A stretch of DNA of 64,000 nt, taken from the NCBI GenBank assembly GCA_950097015.1, contig CATNEN010000001.1:19034001-19098000 (forward strand), given 5' to 3'. The notes beneath the pieces are model-generated. The model made no database searches, was not told where the DNA came from, and worked only from the letters and a program-made list of their open reading frames with translations. Positions 37,526-48,212 of the stretch are shown piece by piece. Each line of letters opens with the position of its first letter. Position 1 is the first letter of the stretch. A program made the translations under genes and the position numbers. The stretch is from Macrostomum hystrix. Lineage: Eukaryota > Animalia > Platyhelminthes.

Positions 37526-38021
37526 CATTAGTTGTTGCAAAGTTGCAGTACTTTACTTGCAGCTTGCCTCTTAAAATATTGTCTTTATAGTTCGAAATAA
37601 AAGAGTAGTGCGCACGAGTCGTACAAATCGTTTATATGAGAGACGGTTACAAGACAGCATACATTGTTGATAACGCATCCCAAATTATTTAGCTATTTAG
37701 TTAAAAAATACACATGAAAGAAATTAATTCTGTTGTCAGCTGCTGTAGGCTCAGCATATGCATAGTAGGCGTGTCTAGCAAGTCTAGTAATCATGAGTTC
37801 TGAGTTCTGACCGGCAGATTGTAATGATATCATTGCAACGATTGCTAGATAAGCTAGACTATCATGCATATTGTAATAATTGCATCGCAACGGAAAAAGA
37901 GAATCACCATCAACGCTAGTAGATGGTGATCAACGATATTAAAACGCAAACTACAGTAAATATGCCCGGTAAATTACAGATACTTACAATTACAAATTAC
38001 AATTAATTTAATTACTACAAA

Positions 38022-38215
38022 AGCTAGTTTGCCTTTGTCGAGTCATTCGCTCGAGCCGTTCGCTATTGGCTCGGCTCGCTCCAACCGGATTGGCTCTGTC
38101 GGATTCCGCGCTTTTGCATTGGCGCTTGTCCAGTAAAGCTTTGAGAAGGCGGGGTCCCAACGGAGCATATCTGCACGTACGTAGCTCGTATATCAATCTT
38201 TGTTGAGCAAGTTTT
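38022..38215. promoter_or_regulatory. Second copy of the divergent promoter
   Basis: GGATTGGCTCTGTCGGATTCCGCGC, CTTTGAGAAGGCGGGG and GCATATCTGCACGTA are shared with 35165-35410. Confidence 0.75.
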
Positions 38216-38285
38216 TAGTCTCTAGAAAATTTCTAGCTACTTAATCTCTCAAATTCTAATATTGAAGCTATTATAAAAGCTTAAA

Positions 38286-38630
38286 ATGCAGTCCAATCGC
38301 TATATTGTATTTTTCTCTAATGATGGTGAAATTTTAGAAGTAGATGAGACAGAGATTATGCTTGGTGAATACCAGGATTTTGACTGGGCCAGCATGGAGC
38401 CTTCGGAACTGTACTCAGCTACGAGAATTGAGGTGAGGGCAGAGTACAGTGGCGAATGGTATGACGCCGTTCTCCTCCAGGTGGTCACTGACCCAGAAGT
38501 GGACAGCACGCCAACCGTCCTTCACCTGCGGAGAATGCGCACCATCAAGAAGAAAAGTGTGGACTCGCTGCTGAAGGCCGTTTGTCGGGTGAATGCCGGG
38601 CGCCACCGAAGCCGATTGGGAGCCATTCAG
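38286..38630 (+). pseudogene. Exon 1 of a CACTA ORF2 paralog (115 codons); exon 2 not found
   Basis: Aligns with 48213-48554 (IVF..D..(I/L)E(I/V), A.Y.G..Y.A..LQV) and has the same phase-0 donor. Confidence 0.7.
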
Positions 38631-38690
38631 GTAGGACATTACAACTTGTACTATAACAGATTGAGTTTGTCAATAAGCAGAATAGCTGCC

Positions 38691-39044
38691 TGTGATGGCC
38701 AGGACTGCAGACCCTCAGTCTGCACGCCTGGCCGGGAACTTTGACTGCACAAAACTAACTGTGTCCTGTCTGCTTGCACTCAGTGTGGGGGCCACTGACT
38801 GACTCATGGGCGCTGTACGCTTCTTAACTGACTGCGCACCGAGTTTCCCGTTGTACGTTCACATGCCTTTCCCTGTGCTTGTTGTAGCCTGCTTTGTCAT
38901 AGGCCCAGAGCCCTCAAATATAATGTTGAGCCTGACTGGTTGAGCTCCACACACTCTTCTGTTCCTCCTTTTCTGTCTGCTCCCAGTGAGAGCCGAGACA
39001 CTTGAAATTGGAGTTCGTTTTGACTTCTAACACAAGTCATTACA
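38691..39044. mobile_element. Solo LTR (354 bp)
   Basis: TGTGATG...CATTACA ends and a 5-bp TSD CTGCC (38686-38690, 39045-39049). Confidence 0.82.
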
Positions 39045-39159
39045 CTGCCTATCATCACATTTACTTCTAAAATTAAAACAGAACATTACTACCTCGGAGA
39101 GCGAGAGGGAAGCTTCCGAGGCCATAAATCAGAGGAATGTGGGCTCCAAAGCAGCTCCT

Positions 39160-39667
39160 CGAGTGGAAATCATTTGAAATCATGAAACCAACTCAGTCGT
39201 GTAGGAAATCATTTCTATATTGATTTTCAATTGAATCCCACTCGATAAAGTGTGCTCAAATCTATTGGGACACCGATGACAGCCATATACTGCTGACATA
39301 GTCACAGTCAAGATAAAATTTTCTAGGTGACTTTCCAGGTTAATAAGTTCGAGTGGAAATCATTTGAAATCATGAAACCAACTCAGTCGTGTAGGAAATC
39401 ATTTCTATATTGATTTTTAATTTAATCCGACTCGATAAAGTGTGCTCAAATCTATTGGGACACCGACGACAGCCATATACTGCTGACATAGTCAGAGTTA
39501 AGATAAAATTTTCTAGCTGACTTTCCAGGTTAATACGTAAGTCATAATACGTAATACGTAATACAGGTAAGTCAGTTCTTTAAAATGGCATGAGCAAGTC
39601 AGAAAGAGATCAAAGAAAAGAATTGATCGACAGTGAAAGCATTTAAATTTTTTGTTTCGCATTAGTT
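39160..39667 (+). repeat. Internal left-end-type subterminal block: two 190-bp tandem units plus a unique segment
   Basis: Inverted copy of 53564-53890 and 53161-53275. Confidence 0.9.
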
Positions 39668-39789
39668 GATTTCTAATGCGGCGACATCGGAACTGACTCT
39701 CGTAGGTACCAGTTAAGTTTGGCATGCTTATAGTCACTCTTTAACTGAGCATATTTTGATTTATTTATTTAATGATTTGTATTCAACAC

Positions 39790-40640
39790 AACAACAATGA
39801 TACAACATTGATACGATACAACGATACAATGATACAACGATACAATGATACAACAATATATAAAAATTTAAAGCTCAGTTTAATGACAATTATCCCAGAT
39901 CCTCAGTTTGGTTACAATCCCAGATCCTCTGTTTGGTGACAATCCCAGATCCTCAGTTTGGGACAATCCCAGATTGGTGATAATCCCCCAGATAAAAAGT
40001 TTCAAACAATGAAATGAACTAAGCATTGATACAACACTGATACAACACAACAACAATGATACATTGATACGATACAACGATACAATGATACAACAATATA
40101 TAAAAATTTAAAGCTCAGTTTAATGACAATTATCCCAGATCCTCAGTTTGGTGACTATCCCAGAACCTCTGTTTGGTGACAATCCCAGATCCTCTGTTTG
40201 GGACAATCCCAGATCCTCAGTTTGGTGACAATCCCAGATCCTCAGTTTGGGACAATCCCAGATCCTCAGTTTAATGACAATTATCCCAGATCCTCAGTTT
40301 GGTGACAATCCCAGATTCTTAGTTTCGTGACAATCCCAGATCCTCAGTTTGGTGACAATCCCAGATCCTCAGTTTAATGACAATTATCCCAGATCCTCAG
40401 TTTGGTGACAATCCCAGATCCTCAGTTTGGTGACAACCCCAGATTCTCAGTTTCGTGACAACCCCAGATCCTCAGTTTCGGGACAATCCTAGATCCTCAG
40501 TTTAATGACAATTATTCCAGATCCTCAGTTTGGTGACAATCCCAGATCCTCAGTTTGGTGACAATCCCAGATTCTCAGTTTCGTGACAATCCCAGATCCT
40601 CAGTTTCGTGACAATCCCAGATCCTCAGTTTGGGGACAAT
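39790..40640. repeat. GATACAAC repeats and a 23-24-bp minisatellite (GACAATCCCAGATCCTCAGTTTGGT-like)
   Basis: Tandem units visible. Confidence 0.92.
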
Positions 40641-40729
40641 CAGTCCATGACAACTAAATAAAAAAACGACGAAACTAATTCACTAAGTTGACTTATGCTG
40701 GAATGCCGGATGCTGTTGCCAGGGGCCGG

Positions 40730-41098
40730 TTACCAAGGACGCCACACAGGCTGGGCTCCCTCCTGGTCCATCGACTGGCTAGATTCTTCGTCAGTAGACA
40801 AAGCCGACACCGTTGATGAGGCCGAAGACTTGCAGCAGAAGCTCATGGCCGTAGATTGAGTCTTGGCTGAGCCATTCAGCAGCAGCTCCACAGTCAGCTC
40901 CAGGATGTCGGCCTTCTCTAGGCGCTTAATCCGGTACGGTTTTATCACCTTGTTGGCCTGCAGCAGCTCTTTGAGTCTGTCCAAGCTGGCATTATTTCTG
41001 GCTCTGCGCTGCTGCTCCATCACCTGCTTGCTGATTCTCCTATGCTCCATCAACTCTACTGGGCGCGTGGTTTGTGTTTTTTTAATTCGGAGCTCCAT
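40730..41098 (-). CDS. Intronless HES/Hairy-E(spl)-family bHLH repressor, no Orange domain, C-terminal WRPW, 122 aa
   Basis: RRISKQVMEQQRRARNNASLDRLKELL..RLEKADILELTV and VWRPW*. TATAAAA at 41132-41138 (- strand). Confidence 0.92.
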   Translation of the reverse strand: MELRIKKTQTTRPVELMEHRRISKQVMEQQRRARNNASLDRLKELLQANKVIKPYRIKRLEKADILELTVELLLNGSAKTQSTAMSFCCKSSASSTVSALSTDEESSQSMDQEGAQPVWRPW

Positions 41099-41206
41099 CG
41101 AAATTTCGAAATCGACCGGCCGAGTTTATAATTTTATAAGTACCCCTGCACCGCCAACCCCCTGTTTCCTTTCCTCTATCCCCGCTTCACTCGTGAAATG
41201 AATTCT

Positions 41207-41231
41207 GTTCCAGAATGTTCTAGAATGTTCT
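41207..41231. promoter_or_regulatory. Heat-shock element (five alternating nGAAn units) upstream of the HES gene
   Basis: TTC-CA-GAA-TG-TTC-TA-GAA-TG-TTC at exact 5-bp spacing, ~70 bp upstream of the TATA box. Confidence 0.8.
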
Positions 41232-42823
41232 GCAGTTTTAGCTGTCATGTTCAGCCTAGATTCTCCCAAATGTGCCTTATCTAAAAACAAACCTCATAAG
41301 CAAACAATATAGATGATCTTCGTTGCAACGAGCGTGTGAAAAGAAAAAATGACTGTCAACACAGGTGGACAGGCGGCTTATTCTGAAGTTCTGACGGGCT
41401 TTAAGTTCTCTGAGTCGTTGTTCCCTTTGAGAAAACAAACTTCAGAATTTTTAGATAAGGGTCAGCATGGCGTAACCCAGTCCATGGACTGAACACTTCT
41501 GCAGCCAGCAGCTTGATCTTCGTAAAAATATTTTGTTTTATAAAATTAAAAAGCGAGAAAACCAAAACCGAATTGATATTTAGAACTGCAGCAGCATTAC
41601 ACAGTTGTAGTTAGAATTTTCATAATGTACAGCGCTAATTTCCTACGGCATTGTCAGTCTTGACGCCACTTTGGCTTAACAACAGCCAGTGAAAAAGTGT
41701 TTTTGTCCTTCAAAAAGCCAGTCACACAGCAATAGTTAGAAAATCATAAAAATATTTCATATATCACATACTTCTCAAACGTAGAATTTGAGAATTCACA
41801 TTTATTTTGGCTTGAGCAAATCACTTTTTAAGCTGCAATGCACTGCAAACCTTTGTTTTCACTTTCACTTTCACTTCTCCGGTAATCTAATGCAAGTGTG
41901 AAATTTCAAACCGATAAACATAAGTTTACACTGAAATTAATTAGACAAGACGAAATAAATACAAAGACTCATGAGATTTTTTCCTGCCATTTCTTCACGA
42001 AACATAGCTGGAAAGTTTATTTTGCAAAGCTAATTATTATTATTATTAGTATTATAGCATTTAATTGCTAGGAATTTCAGCCATGTCATAATTATTTGAG
42101 TTGGCATTTGTATTTAGAGTATGTTATATGAATACAGCAGCAAAGTGTGTTCTTATGAAGTTTGTGTATAGGTTCTGAAATATTTATGCACTGTAGCTAC
42201 AGTTTTTACAGAAGGCACATTTTTACCATTTTACCTTTAAGTCTCTTATAGCAGCTCAAGTTCTGTGTTTATCTATATTAGCAAATTTTGAAATGTCAAC
42301 TAGGGATAAAAAGAGGGCCTCAGTTTAATCAATATTCATAAAGGCATTCAGAACAAGATTAGTTTATTCACACTTAAGTCAATCATGTCTTTTTGGTTGG
42401 CACTCAACAGGCTGTTGTTGATTGTTGGCCATTCAGCTTCAACACCAGACTCATATTCTTGGGACTCCTTGTCCTGTTAGATAGGCTCTCCTTGTCCTGT
42501 TAGGTGTGAGAGGTGAGACAGTTGGTTTGCTGTTTGTATTTAGATCTATAGCTAGGCAAGAAGGGGCAGAAGGCTGATAAGAGCTTATAAAGGAAAGTTA
42601 GCTATATTAGGTTAAATAGGACCACAATTGAGGTAATTATACATGGCTGGTATGAACTGTGTATGGGGCTTGAGCATAAATGTACAAGATCTGATAGCTC
42701 AAGTGTACACTCTAGTACATCAGATAACTCAGTAAAGATAAATAGCAATGCCACAATTCTAGCTAGTGTTATAAAGACCTGGGGAAAATAGTGTTCATAA
42801 ATAAATAGTCACTAGCTAGAGGA

Positions 42824-43810
42824 ATTTCATAAACAGCAGTTTCAAGGCAAACAACTGCTCATGCAGTATCAAAACCAATAGCTCAAGGCAAACTGCTGTG
42901 CGTGCATTATCAAAACTGAGAGCTCAAGCAACCAGCAATTGTGTGTTGGGTATCTTGGGCTGGGTTGGGCTAACACTGAGAAATGATTATGTACTCAAGC
43001 ACTTACCATAGCCTTTAATCATATGTGATTAGTTCTCATATGCCCTTAGCTATACCATGAGAGTGAAGACAACCAGAAGCCACAATTCCAGCTAGTGAGC
43101 CAGTGTGATAAAGACCTGGTAAAATAAAGTTGATAAATAAATAGTCATTATAAGGAAATTTCATAGCAAAACTGTACCAGACCAAATAACTCTAGTGTAC
43201 ACTAGGATCACTTATATTGCTTGTAGAAACAAGAAGAGAAGAGGAGAAAAAAGGACAGGAGAGAAGAGGAGAGGAAAGAAGAGCAGAGGAAAGGAGGGGA
43301 GAGGGGGAGAGGAGAGAAGAGGAGGGGGAGAGGAGAGGAGAAGAGGAGGGGGAGAGGAGAGGAGAAGAGGAGGGGGAGAGGAGAGGAGAAGAGGAGAGGA
43401 GAGAATTTCATAAACAGCAGTTTCAAGGCAAACTACTGCTCATGCAGTATCAAAACCAATAGCTCAAGGCAAACTACTGTGCATGCATTATCAAAACTAA
43501 GAGCTCAAGCAACCAGCAATTGTGTGTTGGGTATCTTGGGCTGGGTTGGGCTAACACCAAAATGATTATGTACTCAAGCACTTACCATAGCCTTTAATCA
43601 TATGTGATTAGTTCTCATATGCCCTTAGCTATGCCATGAGAGTGAAGACAGCCAGATGCCACAATTCCAGCTAGTGAGCCAGTGTGATAAAGACCTGGTA
43701 AAATAAAGTTGATAAATAAATAGTCATTATAAGGAAATTTCATAGCAAAGTTATTTACCTGTACCAGACCAAATAACTCTAGTGTACATTGGGATCAATT
43801 GTTATTGCTT
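42824..43810. repeat. ~400-bp direct duplication (42824-43222 / 43406-43810) separated by a GA-rich tract
   Basis: Near-identical copies starting ATTTCATAAACAGCAGTTTCAAGG. Confidence 0.9.
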
Positions 43811-44347
43811 TGCAGGAGCTAACCAACAATTTAGCAAATCTAAATTGGGTATCTAGCAAACACTTTACAACAAATGATTAGCCAAGCCTTACCAGTTCTC
43901 AGATGCCAGCCTGAAGATAGCAAGCAAAGCCACCATTCCAGCTTGTGTGATAAGGACCTGTTAAGATGTACTACACCTCACTACAGTTTGCTAAGATTTT
44001 ACCATCATTTTAACTGCTTTCATTTTCTTGAATCCTTAATTCCTTTCAGGCTCTTCAATTATTTGAATTATTTGAATTTCACTTCTCCTTTAAGCTTTCA
44101 GCTGAAATGCCTCTGGCATCATCCATGAGCAATGAGCTGTAGCTCAGGAGCATTGAGCTAAAAGCTAGGTTTCTCTAGCTAGTGAAACCAAGCCATACAC
44201 TTTTACCATCCTTTTAACAACCTTAAATCCATTTGAACATTTTAAACACCCTTTGATACACTTATTTTACTCTTATTCACTTCTACTTTTGCTTTACCTT
44301 TACTTTTACTTATTTACTTTTCAATTTTCAGACTTTTAGGCTTGAAT

Positions 44348-44369
44348 ATGGATCGTGATAAAGAGGCAA

Positions 44370-44403
<34 letters not shown>

Positions 44404-44584
44404 ACAGCAGCAGCAACAGCAGCAGAAGCAGCAACAGCAGCAGCCCAGCAGCCCGTGGCAGCTGCTACTCACCATGGTGGACAACATGAAGGTCCAGTGG
44501 TGGAAGGAAAAGGGAGGGGCCGGGGCGGCCACCAACTTTACGCCACCCAGGCCCCGGTGCCCTCCCCCAGCAGCAAAAAAATAA
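44348..44584 (+). CDS. PolyQ micro-protein (78 aa), function unknown
   Basis: Open ATG..TAA frame after a pyrimidine tract and AG; the stop overlaps AATAAA. Paralog at 11909-12100 with a frame-preserving indel. Confidence 0.5.
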
Positions 44585-45375
44585 AGGTTTGTCTAAGCTA
44601 CCTATATGTGATACCTTTATTCCTTAATTCTTAATCCTTAATCGTTAATTCTTTAAATAAGCGCTATAGTAGTAAAATTATACCCGTTTGCAGGTGTAAG
44701 TTTTCATTGACTCTGGTAAAACATTTACTTTTAGCCATTACAGCAACCATTTATCAAAATGCGATTGTCACACTGCAATGCTAATGCAATATTACAACGT
44801 AGCAAAATGTACTCACATTCAATATGATTGTAGCCATAATGTCATGTCGTGTCTTAGCATAAGCATATAGCCTATGCTCTTGAGAACATTTCGGAATTAT
44901 GATGTGGTGTTGATTACCCGAGACTAGTTTTTTATAATTTCCTTTGCTTATTATGGCCAAGTGATATCACTTGTTTATTTAATTATGCTTGCTGCTGAAG
45001 AACCAAGTCGAAGCCACTATCGCATGTAAAATATTGGTTTAAAAAGAATGTCGAAAAGAACAGTGCAGGTACTTGCTACGGTGCTAGGTGCTAGGTGTGT
45101 GGGCATGTGGAAAGTAATTTATTGTTTTTTCTGTCTATTTTTCAGATGTAATGATGCGGGAGTTTATCATGACACAATTGTATGAACAGGATAAATTGTA
45201 TGTCTCATATATACAGCTTAGCCAAGACAAACGATTTGTAATTTTTTTGTGCTTTTTGTACAATTTTAAGATGCGATGATGCCAAAAGTAATGGAGTATA
45301 CATTCACCCAGTTCTGTGAACGGGATAATTTTTTTATGTCCAGTAACATGTATGTCTGTAACAAAAAGCAAAAAT

Positions 45376-45445
45376 CCTGACTAGTTGAGTTGGCAAATAA
45401 CAGTTACAGGCCTGTAACTGTTATTTGCCAACTCAGCTAGTCAGG
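45376..45445. repeat. 70-bp spacerless palindrome (one mismatch)
   Basis: CCTGACTAGTTGAGTTGGCAAATAACAGTTACAGG|CCTGTAACTGTTATTTGCCAACTCAGCTAGTCAGG. Confidence 0.95.
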
Positions 45446-45881
45446 GGACACTTGTCTTATCTGCTTCGAATTTCCATAGAATAGTGGATTTTAAGTTGCT
45501 ACCTTGCCCCACCCCAGAGGCAAGTCAAGTCAAAGTTAAGGGTAAACAAAGTAACCTATTTCTTATTGCACGCCAGACCAAACGCCCTTCAGCTTATCTC
45601 CGTCTGTTGTGGTCCCTGGTCGGCTCGTCTGAGTTGCAAGCGAATTTGGGAAGCAGAAAATCGGCGGCCGTTTTGTCAACATAGGTGGGTGGATTCGGCC
45701 TAGGGCTCAAGTTCCCACACTATTTGCTCCTTATCTCTCCTCACGTCGATAAGGGCGCAAACCTGTCCTGAACAATTTGCAAAGTTTCCTGTTTGCTAAA
45801 CCCAAATCCAAGTTTAGAGTTGTGTAGAGTAGATAAGAAAATTTATGAACATGTGGCACTCGTAGAAGGGGATAAACAAGG

Positions 45882-47869
45882 CTAGCTTTCCTGTCCCGTT
45901 AGCGGAATGACGTAAAAAAAGTCGTCATTTTGGGTCGGTCTACTAAGAGCTTTCGGAAGCAGCCAACATTTTTGCCCTGGGCGGCCAGTTGCGATTTCGG
46001 ATGTTAGGCGGTAAACTCCAATCCTAAGTGCCAGAGAGTCGTAAGGATAGTTGTAGACATTGTCGAATTCCTGGAGCACTCTGCCACTTACCATGCCGTC
46101 CGGTTTGACTTCATCAATATGAATGCATGTCGTCCCAACGAAGCAGCAATTGTCACCCTTCTTCGTGCTGAATTCTATAGTTGTTTCTGCTGGCTGGCTG
46201 AGGTACATATTTCGTACTTGTAGTACTTGACAAACTGAATGAGCGGCGACATGCCTGGTGACTTTGACCCTTCTCTTGATTGCTCCCAGATAGCTTTCGA
46301 ATGGAAATGTACTAAAATTATTTAAGTTACCTAGCCTTCTAAAAAACTGGTCGAGGTGAAGAAGTGCATGAATATTGTAGCTAATTGATTTTTGGCCAAA
46401 TATCTTTGACATCTGTTCGACGAATACCTCGATGCAGCTTTTCGCAGAATCCCATAGATTAGCATACCTTTCCGTGGAATAGCAGTATAGGGCGAAGTGC
46501 AGTAGGAGAAAAGTTTTGTAAAACTGTTCCTTAACATATCCCTTAAAAATTATTGGTCCCAGGTAAAGAATAATTTTTCTGAACTCTGTCGCCTTAAAAT
46601 GGTTAAGACACTTATCTATGCGGCGAGGTCTTCTCTGGAAATTAGACGGAGTCCAGCTGGCAATACCGGCAATGATGTCCGACAAAGACTTCATATTCCT
46701 GCGACTAAAGCGGCAGCCTCCTTCTCCAAAATACAAGTGCATTAACTTCCTTACTGCTCCCAGACAAACGGCATGTTGAAAATCCAGAGGAAAACAGTTG
46801 ACGAAGTCAATGTTGGGCAGGTCCAACAGTGGTGACTTGATGACCGCTCCTGTGGCGTCTTTTTTCTGGTTGTTCTCTACTAGGGATCGGTACGCTTCCC
46901 CACATCTATTCTGGCCAGCAGTTACGGAAAATGTCACTCTGCCTTCAGCACGCAAGCCCACAGCTCGACAGTAACTGCATCCTAAGTAGCTTGTGACCCA
47001 GAGTGCACATTAAAAAACTGCGGGCAGGGGTGTCGCAGACAAAATAAATAGTGGAGAACATGATGCTGATTTTCTCACTGATTTTGACTGGACCAGACAG
47101 AAAGCTTTTTGCCTCTTGGCAAAACTGTTGCAGGTACTCCTGTACTGGTGGCTTTCCAGTGCCGGCCCAAACAGCCACTGGAAAAGGCTTAGCGAATGCG
47201 GATTTAATTTTCATTAGGAGTGGCCATAGACTAATCGTACTGGATCGATAGAGGGGAAGTCCGTCACTGTTTAGAAATGCGTCGAACTTGTAACACTTGG
47301 TTGAACCTTCATGCAGCAAATTTTCTGGTCGCAGTGTCAACAAATTCTTCGAAAGTAGTTGCTGCAGATTCTCCAGAATAGAAATATAGCGAAAGTGCCC
47401 GTCTCCAATGGCCACCAAGTCACCAGTAGGACAGTTTTCTCTGGCCAGGCGTTCAAATGTTTTGTAAGTTTTTGTGACAGGCAAACCAATGTCGCGTAAA
47501 CCCGCAAGTAGGAAAGCCATGGCGTCACGGGGAATGTTGTATGTAGAAAAGAACAAAACAAGGAGTGCCTGTAGCCTTACCTCCAAGGGCCGATTGTCTT
47601 CATCCTTTTCGCTGTCCATGTCGTCATCGCTTTGAGTTTCCTGCTCAAACTCGTCGAATTCTACCCTACTAAAATATTCTTCCGTCTCCATGTCCACATC
47701 GCCTTGACTTGCCGACTGCCCTCCACTGCCCTCCACTGCCCTCCACTGCCGACTGCCCACTGGCTGAGGGGACACTGCTGGGCCTCTCACTCTCAGCTTC
47801 TTCTCTAAACATGGCCAACAAGCTCTTGTTTGTCTCTCTCCTAATACTCCTGCTCGACATGCCATGCAT
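45882..47869 (-). pseudogene. CACTA/EnSpm-type transposase B, intronless, frameshift near 46991
   Basis: Motifs NSDGLP..LWP, FVCDTPAR, LGH|SYLGCSYC (frame jump), DFQHAVCLG, FKATEFR, YNIHALLH and FSTFPFES. Confidence 0.88.
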
Positions 47870-48212
47870 GTTTTGTCTTAGTCTTAGTCTTGGGCTTAAT
47901 ATTAGTATTAGTCTTAGTCTCAGTATTAGTCTTAGTCGCAGACTCAGTCTTAGTATTAGTCGTAGTCTTAGTCTCTCTTTTAACGCACTTTTAACTGCTG
48001 CAATACGAATATTCGGAAGCTATTCGGCGCCAATGGCACAATCGGTAGCTATCGGTGGTTGAGGATTTTTCATAACTAACCAATGAGCGCGCGACGAGCC
48101 TTCCCACTGTCTGGGCCGTGCAGTTTGATCTGACATATATTAAAGCTCTAGCTTATCTTTACACTCCCCTAACCTCCTGTCGTTCTCAAAGTTTCAAACT
48201 TTTGAAGCAACC

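Noticed and set aside
38631-38744. C-terminal part of the 152-aa ORF
   Set aside because: It reads through a splice donor into intron and solo-LTR sequence.
39880-40640. CRISPR-like regular repeats
   Set aside because: Head-to-tail minisatellite with no unique spacers, no cas genes and a eukaryotic context.
43195-43462. Glu/Arg/Gly-rich ORFs
   Set aside because: GA-rich simple repeat.
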